A stretch of DNA of 64,000 nucleotides from an uncultured Verrucomicrobiae bacterium. Lineage in GTDB: Bacteria > Verrucomicrobiota > Verrucomicrobiia > Chthoniobacterales > JAFAMB01. The translations under genes and the position numbers were made by a program. This document shows positions 32,016-42,931 of the stretch, piece after piece. How positions within the stretch are numbered: the stretch's first letter is position 1; the number at the start of each line of letters is the position of its first letter. The notes beneath the pieces were generated by a model, which was given only the letters and a program-made list of their open reading frames with translations, made no database searches and was not told the DNA's origin. The stretch covers positions 384,001 through 448,000 of the forward strand of contig CAWEXO010000011.1 in assembly GCA_963813025.1 (NCBI GenBank). Direction: 5' to 3'.

Positions 32016-33059
32016 ATGCCAGCAAAATCCGTCCGAGCCATCGAGCGCAGATCGCGATTCGTGGCGCTCGGCACCGGCCTCTATCGCTGCTGGCTCCCGT
32101 TCATCATTGTCTGTATTTGCTTACTGGCCTCCGCCGGACCGCGTGTGGCCGGCCAGTCCAGTGACGAAGAAAAGCGGTTGCGCGATCTCTTCCTGAAAAG
32201 CCGCCAGGAAATGCAAGTGCTCCCGAGCCCGTCCGCCAGCCCCAGCCCCAAGCCTACGCCTGCCCCTTCGCCCAAGCGCAGCATTACTCCGGCAGTTCCT
32301 GCGAAAAGAACACCGGAAGAAGAAACCAGCCCTACTCCCGAGGCCACACCGGCACAACGGGCCACCTCCGCGGTGAAGACACCGCCTCCTGCCCCCTCCC
32401 CGGCGCAACCCCCCCCTCCGTCCACGGCGACGCCCGCCAAGAAACGTGGGTGGTGGATTTTTGGACATCAGAACAAACCGATAGTCATCCAGAAGTCCGG
32501 CGCCGAGCAAGAGAGTGAGCAGGTGCCGGTTGACCATCCGACAGGGGACGGGGGCTGGCATTATTTAACCCCAGCAGTGCGCAAGGCGATCGACGACGCC
32601 CGAGTAGGCCGCAACCGGTGGAAATATATCATTGTTCACAATAGCGGGACCCGACAGGGCAACGCGCGAATCTTCGACTATTATCACCGTCACGTCCGCC
32701 ATATGCCGAACGGTCTCGCATATCATTTTGTGATCGGCAATGGTGGCTCCTCCGGCGACGGTCAGATCGAGATCGGCAATCGCTGGGTTTACCAGATTGC
32801 CGGGGGTCATGTGCATAGCGACTACCTCAACTACATCTCGATTGGCATCTGTCTGGTTGGTGATTTCAATCGCGACCTGCCCACCCGCGCGCAATATGAA
32901 GCTCTTGACGAGCTGATCCGTTATCTGCGGCAGCGGGTCGGTAAGATCGACGGACGTTACTCCACCATCCGGGGTCACAAGGAAATCAACCCGGTGCCGA
33001 CCGACTGTCCGGGAAACCGTTTCCCGCTTAATTGGCTTCATCATACCTTTCCGGACTAG
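32016..33059 (+). CDS. N-acetylmuramoyl-L-alanine amidase (Amidase_2) with Pro-rich linker
   Basis: IIVHNS, AYHFVIGNG, IGICLVGDF, GHKE...TDCPG. Confidence 0.88.
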   Translation: MPAKSVRAIERRSRFVALGTGLYRCWLPFIIVCICLLASAGPRVAGQSSDEEKRLRDLFLKSRQEMQVLPSPSASPSPKPTPAPSPKRSITPAVPAKRTPEEETSPTPEATPAQRATSAVKTPPPAPSPAQPPPPSTATPAKKRGWWIFGHQNKPIVIQKSGAEQESEQVPVDHPTGDGGWHYLTPAVRKAIDDARVGRNRWKYIIVHNSGTRQGNARIFDYYHRHVRHMPNGLAYHFVIGNGGSSGDGQIEIGNRWVYQIAGGHVHSDYLNYISIGICLVGDFNRDLPTRAQYEALDELIRYLRQRVGKIDGRYSTIRGHKEINPVPTDCPGNRFPLNWLHHTFPD

Positions 33060-33220
33060 CCCAGCTAGTGCACCGTGGCGAAGCTCTGCTTCGGACTCGC
33101 ATCAAACGCTTCATCAGCGGCTGGGTCACCCTCCGTGTGCTCCGTGACCTCCGTGCGCGACTCGATCGATAACAATGCTGGATAGTTTGACGTTCGCCGC
33201 TCTTCGTTGAGTTTGAGCGC

Positions 33221-34120
33221 ATGCACATCGGTGTGACCGGAGCATCTGGATTTATTGGACGCGAGATTATCATCCAGGCCAACAGTGCCCGAGATCAGGT
33301 CATTGCTTTCTCACGCACTCCGGACCGCAAAGTACCCGGAACGCTCGAAACACGACCCTGTCTCGATCCTGACCTGAGCGACCTCGAGGTCGTGATTCAG
33401 CTGGCGGGCGAATCTATCCTGGGACTTTGGACGGCCCGAAAAAAAATACGGATCATGCAGAGCCGGGTTCACGCCATCCGGGCGATCGTTGAGTCCATCA
33501 AAAAAAGCAAGACGCGTCCGCGCGCTCTCATAGTCGCTTCGGGTGCGAGCATCTATGGCGATCGCGGCGATGAACACCTGCCCGAATCAGCCCGCGTCGG
33601 CGATCATGGCTTTCTGCGAGACGTCGCCCTCGCCTTGGAACGCGAAGCCGCGATTGCCGCGGCTCTCGGAGTCCGCATAGTAAATTTGCGAATCGCGATG
33701 GTTCTCGGGCCCCGGGGCGGGGCTGTCGGAGCGATGCGTCCTCTCTTTCGTCTCGGTCTCGGTGGACAGCTTGGCTCAGGCAAACAGTGGATGTCATGGA
33801 TCCATGTCTCCGATGTCGCAGGCCTCTTCCTGGAGGCAGCGCGAAATCCGCAGTGGTCCGGGCCAATCAACGGATCCGCGCCAAACCCGGTACAAAATCA
33901 TGAATTCACCCACACCTTCGCTTCGCTGGTCCACAAACCTGCCCTCATCCCTGTCCCGACCCTCTTGCTGAAACCGCTGCTCCGGGAGGAGTCGAGCTTG
34001 TTGCTGGATAGTCAACGTGTTATTCCTGAGAAAGCTCTGCAGGCCGGCTTTGTATTCCGCTATCCCTTTGTACGGGAAGCACTGGAGAACGCGCTCGAAT
34101 TGAGCGACGACGACCGGTAG
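33221..34120 (+). CDS. TIGR01777-family NAD-dependent epimerase/oxidoreductase
   Basis: GVTGASGFIG, LGSGKQWMSWIH, SQRVIP. Confidence 0.9.
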   Translation: MHIGVTGASGFIGREIIIQANSARDQVIAFSRTPDRKVPGTLETRPCLDPDLSDLEVVIQLAGESILGLWTARKKIRIMQSRVHAIRAIVESIKKSKTRPRALIVASGASIYGDRGDEHLPESARVGDHGFLRDVALALEREAAIAAALGVRIVNLRIAMVLGPRGGAVGAMRPLFRLGLGGQLGSGKQWMSWIHVSDVAGLFLEAARNPQWSGPINGSAPNPVQNHEFTHTFASLVHKPALIPVPTLLLKPLLREESSLLLDSQRVIPEKALQAGFVFRYPFVREALENALELSDDDR

Positions 34121-34366
34121 GGATGAGCTTCTGCTCGTCCAATCGAGACCTGATCCAACACCAAGGAGGTCAAGCCGGAGCTTGCCCTTGCTGATCTTGG
34201 GCTGGTGCGAGACATTCCCTTCATTTGAGCCTTCGACTGACACGCCGGCCCGCTCCGGCGCTGTCCGCCGAAGCTTTAGCGAAGGAGGGAGGAGCAAAAA
34301 GAAAACAGGCCGCTCGATCAGGCCACGGAGGACCGCGGAAGCTGCTGGACACCCTCGTGCCCCAAC

Positions 34367-35146
34367 CTATGCCGCGCGTTTCTTCGTTTTCTTCAGGCTT
34401 TCCTGCAAAGCCGCCATTAGGTCCACTACTTTGCCCTGTGCCGGTTTTTTTGGTGCTGCCTTTACCTTCTGACCCTTGGATTTAGCTTCGATCAGCTTCT
34501 TCAGATCCTCAGAGTAAGTGTCTTTGTACTGCTCGGGTTTGAAATCCTCAGACAGCTCTTCGATCAGTCGTTCGGCCAGAGCGATTTCTTTGGGGCTGAC
34601 TGCCTGCTCTTTGGGTACGACCAGATCCGTCGTGGCGCGTATCTCGCCGGCGAATCGCAGAGAATTGAGGACCAGCACGCCGTTGTGCGTCTTTAGGGCG
34701 GACAAGTGTTCCTTGTCGCGCAAAACAAATTGACAGATGCCTACCTTGCCGCTCTTGGATAGCGCTTCGCGCAAAAGCGCATAAGGTTTTACTGCCGACT
34801 TTTCCGGTTCCAGATAATAGGGCCGATCAAAATAGAGACTCTCAATCTGGCCTTCGGGTACGAAGGCCTGGATGTCGAGCGTGGCCGATTTGTCAGGACT
34901 AGCCTGCTCAAGTTCCTCATCACTAATGGTGACATACCGATCGCCCTCCAAAGGAAAGCCTCGAACGATCTGATCAAACTGCACTTCCTCCCCGGTGGAC
35001 TCGGCCACCCGCTTGTAACGAATGCGGGAGAGGTCTTTTTTATACAGGAGATGAAATCCGGGCCGCTCATTCTCCACTGCCGAGTAGAGGCGCACAGGAA
35101 TGTTCACCAGTCCGAAACTAATCGCGCCTTTCCAGATTGCCTTCAT
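34367..35146 (-). CDS. ku: Non-homologous end-joining protein Ku
   Basis: MKAIWKGAISFGLVNIPV, YFDRPYYL, VVDLMAALQES. Confidence 0.95.
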   Translation of the reverse strand: MKAIWKGAISFGLVNIPVRLYSAVENERPGFHLLYKKDLSRIRYKRVAESTGEEVQFDQIVRGFPLEGDRYVTISDEELEQASPDKSATLDIQAFVPEGQIESLYFDRPYYLEPEKSAVKPYALLREALSKSGKVGICQFVLRDKEHLSALKTHNGVLVLNSLRFAGEIRATTDLVVPKEQAVSPKEIALAERLIEELSEDFKPEQYKDTYSEDLKKLIEAKSKGQKVKAAPKKPAQGKVVDLMAALQESLKKTKKRAA

Positions 35147-35148
35147 CG

Positions 35149-35745
35149 CTACAGCTCCGTCGGACTCCGCCTTTGTCGATCCCATACCCGGCGCAAGTCA
35201 GGATTAATCGATGCAAAAGTGTCTGCCTCATCATCGACGCGAGGAACATTTTCCTCCCTCTCGACCGCTCCCGCCGCCAGTTTCTGAATGGAGGCCGGCG
35301 CCGCTATGCGTCGCAAAGTTCGTTGAGGCGCATCGGCTGGTTTGCTTCCAATCTCCCCTTCGGCCTTGGACACAGATCGTTGCGGTGAGACCTCCAGCGG
35401 TTTTGTCGAATCCCCCTCTTCTACTCCGAAATGCTCGCTGAGCCGCTGCTCGAGTGCCCTATCCAATTCCCCGTCCGGACGAATACTCGGAGCTGATTGA
35501 ATCAAGCTGAAGGGAAAGCTTAGCCGCACGATCCTGCTATAATCGTCAAATCTGCTGTTTCCCACCGGAACAAGCTGGACTTCTGACGACTCAGGGCTGG
35601 CTGCTATCTCCATGTATCTCACTCTGGAATCCGCTATATCCGACCAGACAGCCGCCAATACCCCGATTGGCGCCTCGTCCTGATCTTCAACGTCCGCGCC
35701 CAGCAAGGATTCGAACTCGGCAGTCATGGAGGCGATCTTCTTCAT
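35149..35745 (-). CDS. PRC-barrel-like protein
   Basis: LLGADVEDQDEAPIG...VW.D...LVPV...APS pattern resembles a PRC barrel. Confidence 0.55.
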   Translation of the reverse strand: MKKIASMTAEFESLLGADVEDQDEAPIGVLAAVWSDIADSRVRYMEIAASPESSEVQLVPVGNSRFDDYSRIVRLSFPFSLIQSAPSIRPDGELDRALEQRLSEHFGVEEGDSTKPLEVSPQRSVSKAEGEIGSKPADAPQRTLRRIAAPASIQKLAAGAVEREENVPRVDDEADTFASINPDLRRVWDRQRRSPTEL

Positions 35746-35849
35746 AAAATTGTCTCTTCAAAAGCATTGATCCGGTTTTGGCAGGGCTTGGCCGACAATG
35801 GCCGCCCATTAAACCGAACCCGACTTGTTCGCACCGAGAAGACAAAAGA

Positions 35850-36476
35850 TCAACCCACGGGAATCTCCGGACCCATCTGGACACGTACTGCATCTTTCGC
35901 CTGTCGATTGAACAGTGCGGCTTGGTAAAGCACGGATTTTCGACCGCTGCCCTCGGTTATCGTGAAGCGAAAAATGCGCAGCGTTGGATGATAATCAAAA
36001 AGCCAGGGCGCATCTGCGGGAGTTGCCCGGGTTAATTCGGAATGCTTCGTCCATTGGACCCCGTCAATCACCGGACGCCGGTCATCCACCAGCAGCACCG
36101 GCGCGTTGTCGCTCACGTCTTCCACCTGAATCCGCCGAAGAGTGCTTGGCTGTTTCGTTCGAAAGGTAAACTGCCAGCGCAGGAAATTTCGCCCGGATTG
36201 CCGATAAGGATTTAACCCGGATTCGGTAATGGCGAATCGGTCGTTTTCGCCACCGACAAAGCTCGTTCCCACTTTCTGGAACGTGATCGTCTGGCCTCCG
36301 GCGATCGGCACCGAAACCGTCCGAACCGGGTGTGTGCAACCAAACATCAACCCCATAAGCAGACCGGCTCCAACGCTCCGTACGGTCAGCCTTGTCAATC
36401 GAAAGCCCCCGCGTCGCACTCGAAGGCAACTTACCTGTCGTTGTTTGCGGATCACCGAGCCACCAATTACTCCCAC
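35850..36476 (-). CDS. Hypothetical lipoprotein (start uncertain)
   Basis: Hydrophobic stretch ending MFGC. Confidence 0.55.
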   Translation of the reverse strand: MGVIGGSVIRKQRQVSCLRVRRGGFRLTRLTVRSVGAGLLMGLMFGCTHPVRTVSVPIAGGQTITFQKVGTSFVGGENDRFAITESGLNPYRQSGRNFLRWQFTFRTKQPSTLRRIQVEDVSDNAPVLLVDDRRPVIDGVQWTKHSELTRATPADAPWLFDYHPTLRIFRFTITEGSGRKSVLYQAALFNRQAKDAVRVQMGPEIPVG

Positions 36477-36618
36477 TCAACAAGATCTCTCCAGCAAAAA
36501 ACGTATATGTCGCTTTGTCACGGCCCGGCAAGGTAGGTGCCGAGTCCCGGGTCCCGAGTATGACGCGCCTCGGGACTCGGAACCCGGGCTCGGAACGCGC
36601 GACTGAAGCGTGGCCTCG

Positions 36619-37560
36619 CTACTTCATCCGATCAAATGTTTGCTGCAGAAGCTCCAGATCGCTTGCTTCGCCGTGTTTAGACCGGGCTCTCTCGATCCAT
36701 TTTTGTTCAAGCGCGTTCTTCGTCGGACGATCCACTTCATAGAAAACACCAAATAGCCCAGGAAACGGAAGATCGGCCAGTTTATACGCCGCGACTTCAT
36801 CCGTTACATCGTGGCGCGCCTCGTCTTCCGGAGTATCATCCCACTTTTTTTCGTCGATCAGGCTGAACACCCCACCCTTGCGTGGATTACCCGCATCAAA
36901 TGCGCCTGGATAAAACTCCACGCACTCGGATAGACACTCGATGACCGAAAATCCGTCGTGATCCATGGCACGCTCGATCATCTGGATCATATGGTTTACC
37001 TGGGTGGCATGCGTTCTGGCGACAAAAGTCGCGCCTGCGGCAATCAACTTTTTGATTGGATTCACTGGCTGATCAATCGCTCCAGTCGGATCCGTTTTGG
37101 AACGATACCCGATCGGCGAAGTCGGCGATGTTTGCTTTTTAGTCAGCCCATAAACGAAATTATCCATGATGACGTACGTCAGCCGCGGGTTTTTGCGAGC
37201 GCCATGCTCCAGATGGTTCCCGCCGATGGAGAAACCATCGCCATCACCTCCGAAAAGAAAGACGTGAAGATCAGGCCGGGCCAGGCTGATCGCCGTCGCC
37301 AAAGGTACCGCCCGGCCATGAATGTAATGGGCGCCGTACCCGTTGACAAAGTAGGGAAATCGTGATGAACAACCGATTCCAGCCAAGGTCACAATGTTCT
37401 CCTGCGGCAATTGCCTTTTTTCCAGCACCTTGTAGTACGCGGCCAGGACCGCGAAATCGCCACACCCCGGACACCAGGTCGGGTGATCTGCCGTGATTGC
37501 CTTCTTCGTGAGCTTTTCTCGAGAGGCAACCGGTTCCGGTGCTAACTCTAGTGGATTCAT
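36619..37560 (-). CDS. 2-oxoacid:ferredoxin oxidoreductase beta subunit
   Basis: WCPGCGD, GIGCSSR, GGDGDG TPP motif, YGLTKKQTSPT. Confidence 0.93.
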   Translation of the reverse strand: MNPLELAPEPVASREKLTKKAITADHPTWCPGCGDFAVLAAYYKVLEKRQLPQENIVTLAGIGCSSRFPYFVNGYGAHYIHGRAVPLATAISLARPDLHVFLFGGDGDGFSIGGNHLEHGARKNPRLTYVIMDNFVYGLTKKQTSPTSPIGYRSKTDPTGAIDQPVNPIKKLIAAGATFVARTHATQVNHMIQMIERAMDHDGFSVIECLSECVEFYPGAFDAGNPRKGGVFSLIDEKKWDDTPEDEARHDVTDEVAAYKLADLPFPGLFGVFYEVDRPTKNALEQKWIERARSKHGEASDLELLQQTFDRMK

Positions 37561-39422
37561 TTTAACACTCCTTCAAGGATCTCTTTCACGCGGAACGTCA
37601 GCCCATCGGTCTTTGTGAAACTTGTAATCCGCGGGTCGCAATACCGCGCTCGCAGGATCGTCGCAAGCTGTCCATAACCGTAGAGACTGCCATCGTTCAT
37701 TTCCACAACGACGATCCGTGAAAAACGTCGAAAAATCGTCTCGAGCCCATTCGGCAATGGATTCAGGTGGCGCAGGTGCAGTGCCGAGATCCGGATTCCG
37801 CCGTCACGCGCGCGGTTGACCGCCTCAAGAATTGGACCGTAAGTCGAGCCCCATCCAACCAAGAGCAAATCGCCGCTCTCTTCGCCGTGGATGGCTGGAA
37901 CCGGAATTTCGTTCGCCAGCCTTTGCAGTTTCGCCCGCCTTTTTGCTGTCATCCCGGCATGGAGTCGGGGATGCGCGGTCGGATGGCCCATCTCGTCGTG
38001 CTCAAGCCCGGTGACAACCGGATATTTGCCGTCCAGCATACGCGTCCCGGGCGCGGCATGTCGCGTAATGCGGTCCAGCGCGTAAGGCTTAAATCCGGGT
38101 TCTCGCGGCGTTAGATCCGGCTTTGGGTTCTGCAGCAACGACTTCAGATCCGGTTCATTAAATGCTTCGATCCGGGTAGCCAGCGAGCTATCGCTGAGCA
38201 GAATGACAGGCGTGCTGTATTGGCGAGCGATTCGCGCGGCCTCCAGAGCCATGTAGAAACAGTCTTCGACTGTGGCGGCGGCGAGGACCACCCGTGGACT
38301 ATCTCCGTGCCCCCCATAAACCGCCTGAAAAAGATCGCTCTGTTCGACATTGGTCGGCAACCCAGTGCTCGGGCCGCCCCTCTGAACGTTAATCACGATG
38401 AGCGGCATCTCGGCCATCGACGCCCAACCGATCGCTTCCGATTTCAGCGAAATGCCGGGACCAGCACTCCCGGTGACCGCGAGAAACCCGGAAAAAGAAA
38501 ATCCCAAGGCCAACGAAACCGCGGCGAGTTCATCCTCAGCCTGCACAAAAATGCCTCCATACTTCGGAAATTCCGACCGCAAAGTTTCCATGATCGATGA
38601 CCACGGAGTAATTGGATAACCGGCTCCGAAGCGAACCCCGGCGGCGATCAGCCCGTAGGCCAGCGCCTGGTTGCCGTCCATAGTCACCTGGGCGCGGGCG
38701 CTCGGGTTCGGATTCGGCTCAAATTCGTAACGCCGGGACAGAAGGTTTCCGACCGGGTAAGCGTATCCCGCCTGGAAAGCGATGAGCGCAGTATTGACCA
38801 CGCTTTCGTCTTTACCGCGGAAACGTTCCACGATCAGCGCCTTGAGTTTCTCGATGTTCAGACGAAAGACGCTCGCCAACAAACCCAGAACGAAAATGTT
38901 TTTCCCTTTGTCCTTGGCCGTGCCGCCAAGCGCCTCGATCGTCAGACCGGTAATTGGCACCCCGACATTGACAAAGCGCTTATCCTCGAGGTTTGGCTGC
39001 ACATTATCGGAATCATAGAGCAGGATCCCTCCTTCGCGGAGAAAACCGATATGCTCGTCATAGCTGTGCTGGTAAAACGCGACCAGAAAATCTGCCTCAT
39101 CACCGGCCGAGAGCACTTCTCCAGTTCCGATGCGCACCTGGAAAATGGAAGGTCCACCGGAGATGGTCGACGGGATGGTCATGTAGGTGATGACCTCTTG
39201 CGCGCTACGCCCGGCCAGCCGCGCCAGAAACGCGCCCGCGGTCTGGATACCATCCTGAGAATTGCCGGCCAGCCGAATGACCGCATCGCGGATATGCTCT
39301 GGTCGCAGATCGGCGCGCCCGCTGCCGGCAACGAGGGGGTTTGCCGCTTCAGATGAAACAGGTGGAGAACTCACGGATAAAGTCTCACCCAAACCGTTAC
39401 GGAATCTTGACTGATTTGTCAA
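37557..39422 (-). CDS. 2-oxoacid:ferredoxin oxidoreductase alpha subunit (start uncertain)
   Basis: GYPITP, QAEDE, QRGGPSTGLPT, GWGST. Confidence 0.93.
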   Translation of the reverse strand: MTNQSRFRNGLGETLSVSSPPVSSEAANPLVAGSGRADLRPEHIRDAVIRLAGNSQDGIQTAGAFLARLAGRSAQEVITYMTIPSTISGGPSIFQVRIGTGEVLSAGDEADFLVAFYQHSYDEHIGFLREGGILLYDSDNVQPNLEDKRFVNVGVPITGLTIEALGGTAKDKGKNIFVLGLLASVFRLNIEKLKALIVERFRGKDESVVNTALIAFQAGYAYPVGNLLSRRYEFEPNPNPSARAQVTMDGNQALAYGLIAAGVRFGAGYPITPWSSIMETLRSEFPKYGGIFVQAEDELAAVSLALGFSFSGFLAVTGSAGPGISLKSEAIGWASMAEMPLIVINVQRGGPSTGLPTNVEQSDLFQAVYGGHGDSPRVVLAAATVEDCFYMALEAARIARQYSTPVILLSDSSLATRIEAFNEPDLKSLLQNPKPDLTPREPGFKPYALDRITRHAAPGTRMLDGKYPVVTGLEHDEMGHPTAHPRLHAGMTAKRRAKLQRLANEIPVPAIHGEESGDLLLVGWGSTYGPILEAVNRARDGGIRISALHLRHLNPLPNGLETIFRRFSRIVVVEMNDGSLYGYGQLATILRARYCDPRITSFTKTDGLTFRVKEILEGVLK

Positions 39423-39515
39423 CGAGGAGGCGCGTCACATCGCGCGGACGGCCGCGGGTCTGTCGGACCTTGGTCTCTTGTTCTATTCCGCTTTCTCCGC
39501 CTGCTGCATCGCTGT

Positions 39516-39923
39516 TCAGCCGCCCTGGGCTTTGCCATGTTCAGCCTCACCAATTTGTTTGTAATCGTAGGTTGGATAGAACTCTGTCCGATATGCGCCC
39601 CAAGCCGTCTCCTCGAGCGCGCGGTTAACATCCCTCAACCGGTTAGGCGGTACGCGTAACGTGATGACTTGGCCGACTCCCATCATTATATACCAGGAAA
39701 CCACCTCGATCCCGGCCGGCGGGAACGCTTTGTAGTAACCTTGACGTTTGAGTTGGTCGTTGATCTCCGGCAGAGTTTTCGATTGATCATGCTTTAAAAA
39801 AACGGTGAGAAGAATCGCCCCCGATCCGGCGCCGTCAGTTGGCGGCGTCGAGGGTTCCTGAGCGTTGATAGATCCAATTGCCAGAAAACAACATGCCAGT
39901 GCCGCAACGCGCATGATTCTCAT
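39516..39923 (-). CDS. Hypothetical secreted protein
   Basis: Signal peptide MRIMRVAALACC; compact domain. Confidence 0.65.
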   Translation of the reverse strand: MRIMRVAALACCFLAIGSINAQEPSTPPTDGAGSGAILLTVFLKHDQSKTLPEINDQLKRQGYYKAFPPAGIEVVSWYIMMGVGQVITLRVPPNRLRDVNRALEETAWGAYRTEFYPTYDYKQIGEAEHGKAQGG

Positions 39924-40099
39924 AGTACTCCAGCAATCGGCCGTGTGCTGATCTTGTCTAATTTTTGAATGTTTCACGTTCCTGGTTCGCTTTTCGCGTC
40001 TTGCGGGATTCTTTTCTGGATCGATCGGCGCTCTTGACAGCGCTGAGCGGCTTATCATCGGAATGACCGGCGCGGCGGTGGCAACTCGGGACTCCCTCC

Positions 40100-41470
40100 T
40101 CACGCGTCGTGCACCGCCTGGGTCAACAGCGTCAACGAGTTCTTTGCATCACCGTATAACATTCGGCAATTCGGTTTGTAGAAGAGCGGGTTCAGCAGCC
40201 CGGAAAACCCTTTGCCCTGGCCACGCTTGAGCACCACGACCAATTTCGCCCGGTCAACTTCCAGAATCGGCATTCCGGCAATAACGCTCTTTGGATTGTC
40301 GCGCGCATCCGGATTCACCACGTCATTTGCTCCCACCACAACCGCGACATCCGTGGTGGGGAATTCGGGGTTGATATGGTCCAATTCATAAAGCTGAGAA
40401 TAGGGCACGTTTGCTTCGGCCAGGAGAACGTTCATGTGTCCGGGCATCCGACCCGCCACCGGATGAATTGCATACTTGACCGTAACGCCGCGCGCCTCGA
40501 GCGCGTCGGCCAGCTCGCGCAGAACATGCTGCGCTTGCGCCGTTGCCATGCCATAGCCTGGAACGAAGATCGCCTGCCGCGCATAAGCCAATTGGACTGC
40601 CGCATCTTCCAGGTTTACCTCACTCATTTCTCCGGCCGTGTTCGCGACGGCTTCCGAGACCTTGCCGAATGCGCCGAATAACACGTTCGTGATGGATCGA
40701 TTCATGGCTTTGCACATCACCATGGAAAGAATGAAACCCGAACCGCCATCGAGGGTCCCCGCAATGATCAGCACGTTATTGTTGATCACTATTCCCGTCG
40801 CCGCTGAAGCCAGACCCGCGTACGAATTCAGCAAAGCGATCACTACCGGCATATCGGCAGCTCCGATCGGCAATACGAGCAGCACGCCGAAAACGAACGA
40901 CAGGAGAAGCATCAAACAAAAAATGGGCGCGGCTTCCGGGCGAACTTGCAAAACCAGAAAACAAATTACTGTGACGCTGAAAAGTACAATGTTCAGGACA
41001 TTCTGTTTCCGGTAGGTAATCGGCCGGCCCGGCACGAGCCCTTGAAGCTTGGCAAAAGCAAGCAGACTTCCGGTGGTTGTGAGCGAACCGAGCAGCACTT
41101 CAAACCCGAGTGCTCCAATTTTGAAGCCGCCGAGCTGCCCGCCGCGCAGATAATATTCGGAGATACCAACCAGAGCGGCAGCAAACGCTCCGAAAGCGTG
41201 CGATAGAGCCGTCCGCTGCGGCATGGCGGTCATCGGAACCCATACGCCCATCGCCAGGCCGATAGTCGAACCGATCAACAATCCGGCAATGATCCATTCG
41301 AATTGGACAATCTCCCGGCTGATTAACGTTCCAACAATCGCCAGCAGCATCCCGATCTCGGCCAGGCGCATCCCGCGGCGAGCGGTCTCGGGCCCGCTCA
41401 TGCCCCGCAAACCCAGAATGAAGAGCACCGACGCGACTAGGTAAGTGAGCTCAGTGAAAACTACGCGCAT
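40100..41470 (-). CDS. pntB: NAD(P) transhydrogenase beta subunit
   Basis: ADMPVVIALLNSY, HPVAGRMPGHMNVLLAEA, GANDVVNP. Confidence 0.95.
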   Translation of the reverse strand: MRVVFTELTYLVASVLFILGLRGMSGPETARRGMRLAEIGMLLAIVGTLISREIVQFEWIIAGLLIGSTIGLAMGVWVPMTAMPQRTALSHAFGAFAAALVGISEYYLRGGQLGGFKIGALGFEVLLGSLTTTGSLLAFAKLQGLVPGRPITYRKQNVLNIVLFSVTVICFLVLQVRPEAAPIFCLMLLLSFVFGVLLVLPIGAADMPVVIALLNSYAGLASAATGIVINNNVLIIAGTLDGGSGFILSMVMCKAMNRSITNVLFGAFGKVSEAVANTAGEMSEVNLEDAAVQLAYARQAIFVPGYGMATAQAQHVLRELADALEARGVTVKYAIHPVAGRMPGHMNVLLAEANVPYSQLYELDHINPEFPTTDVAVVVGANDVVNPDARDNPKSVIAGMPILEVDRAKLVVVLKRGQGKGFSGLLNPLFYKPNCRMLYGDAKNSLTLLTQAVHDA

Positions 41471-41483
41471 GGCAGCGGCTCGG

Positions 41484-41789
41484 CTACTTTTTCTCCTCGG
41501 GCGCGCGCCGACGTTTAAACATCTTGAGCATGCGTTCGGTAATCACGAAACCACCTACGACATTGGTCGTAGAACACACCACCGCGATGAAACCCAGGAC
41601 CGTGGAAAAAGTCGAAAGATGAGCTCCAGCCGTCACCAGTGAACCGACCAGCGAGATACCCGAAATCGCGTTGGTCGCCGACATCAGTGGCGTGTGCAGG
41701 AGTGGTGGAACCCGCGATATAACCTGGTACCCGAGAAATGCGGCCAGCAGGAAAATGTAGATGATCGGGAGCAGCGATTCAAAACTCAT
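41484..41789 (-). CDS. pntA: NAD(P) transhydrogenase alpha subunit, membrane part
   Basis: LHTPLMSATNAISG, NVVGGF. Confidence 0.93.
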   Translation of the reverse strand: MSFESLLPIIYIFLLAAFLGYQVISRVPPLLHTPLMSATNAISGISLVGSLVTAGAHLSTFSTVLGFIAVVCSTTNVVGGFVITERMLKMFKRRRAPEEKK

Positions 41790-42931
41790 GGCTTTTCTTG
41801 CGCGTACGCCTGGCGCAGCAGTTCATTGCAAATCTCACCACGACACGTAACGACACACGCCTTCAGGATTGGGTCGGAAAGGTCGATCCGCAGACCATTG
41901 ACTTCTTTATCCCAGAAATGCTCCACAAACGCGCTGACATTCGTCGAAAAAGTGTCACTGGCGTTTCCGGCTACCCGGCTAGCGATGTTGCCCGGCCCGA
42001 GAATCCGTACTCCGTTGACCTCGACTTGTTCCTCCAAGAGCGCGCCCTCGACGTTCCCGCCGGTCTCTACCGCGAGATCCACTACCACGCTGCCTGGCCG
42101 CATCCGCTGCACCATTTCGGTGGTGAGAATCAGCGGAGCCCTTTTTCCGAAAACCTGGGCGGCCGTGATCACGATATCGGCTTGGGCTACGTGCTCAGCC
42201 ATCACTTCCCGTTGCTTCAGCAGCTGTTCGGACGTCAGCGCCTTCGCGTAACCGCCCGCGGTTTCACCGGTTGCTCCAATGTCAGCTTTGACAAATTTGG
42301 CGCCCAGCGATCGCACTTGTTCTTCAACGACCGGCCGGGTATCGAATGCCTCAACCGTCGCACCCAATCTTCGCGCCGTCGCGATGGCCTGTAACCCGGC
42401 GACACCAACGCCGATAACAAACATCCGCAACGGTTTGATCGTACCCGCGGCGGTCATCATCATCGGAAAAACCCGGTCAATCGTGGCCGCGGCCAGCACC
42501 ACGGCAGCATATCCAGCCAGATTCGCCTGCGAACTCAATGCATCCATTTTCTGGGCAACTGCGATACGCGGGATGAGTTCCATGCTTACTGTCACGGCTC
42601 CGGCTCGCGCCAGTTGATCGACGAGCTTTCGTTCGTTGAAGGGGTCAAGTAGGCTGATGTGCACCGCTCCTTCTTTCAGAAAAGCAACTTCCTCCGGCGC
42701 CGGTTTGCGCACCCGCAGGATGACATCCGCGGTGCCGAAGGCGGCCCCGCGATCGGTCGCAACTGTTGCGCCCGCGGCTCGATAAATGGCATCCGCGATT
42801 TTGAGGGGCTCGCCGACTCCGGCCTCGACCGACAGCTCGGCTCCCAGTTTTGCCAGCCGCGCGGCCGATGACGGTACGACCGCGACTCGCCGTTCGCCGG
42901 GATAGGTCTCCTTCGGCACAAAAATTCGCAT
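41786..42931 (-). CDS. pntA: NAD(P) transhydrogenase alpha subunit, soluble part
   Basis: MRIFVPKE...ERRVA, GVGVAGLQA, DLAVETGGN. Confidence 0.93.
   Translation of the reverse strand: MRIFVPKETYPGERRVAVVPSSAARLAKLGAELSVEAGVGEPLKIADAIYRAAGATVATDRGAAFGTADVILRVRKPAPEEVAFLKEGAVHISLLDPFNERKLVDQLARAGAVTVSMELIPRIAVAQKMDALSSQANLAGYAAVVLAAATIDRVFPMMMTAAGTIKPLRMFVIGVGVAGLQAIATARRLGATVEAFDTRPVVEEQVRSLGAKFVKADIGATGETAGGYAKALTSEQLLKQREVMAEHVAQADIVITAAQVFGKRAPLILTTEMVQRMRPGSVVVDLAVETGGNVEGALLEEQVEVNGVRILGPGNIASRVAGNASDTFSTNVSAFVEHFWDKEVNGLRIDLSDPILKACVVTCRGEICNELLRQAYAQEKP

Noticed and set aside
33065..33160. CTAGTGCACC (also at 48596) and CTCCGTG triplet as a possible MITE
   Set aside because: Match is too short and no partner inverted end was found.
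41484..42931. Split pntA as a pseudogene
   Set aside because: The three-gene pnt arrangement is a normal, known architecture.
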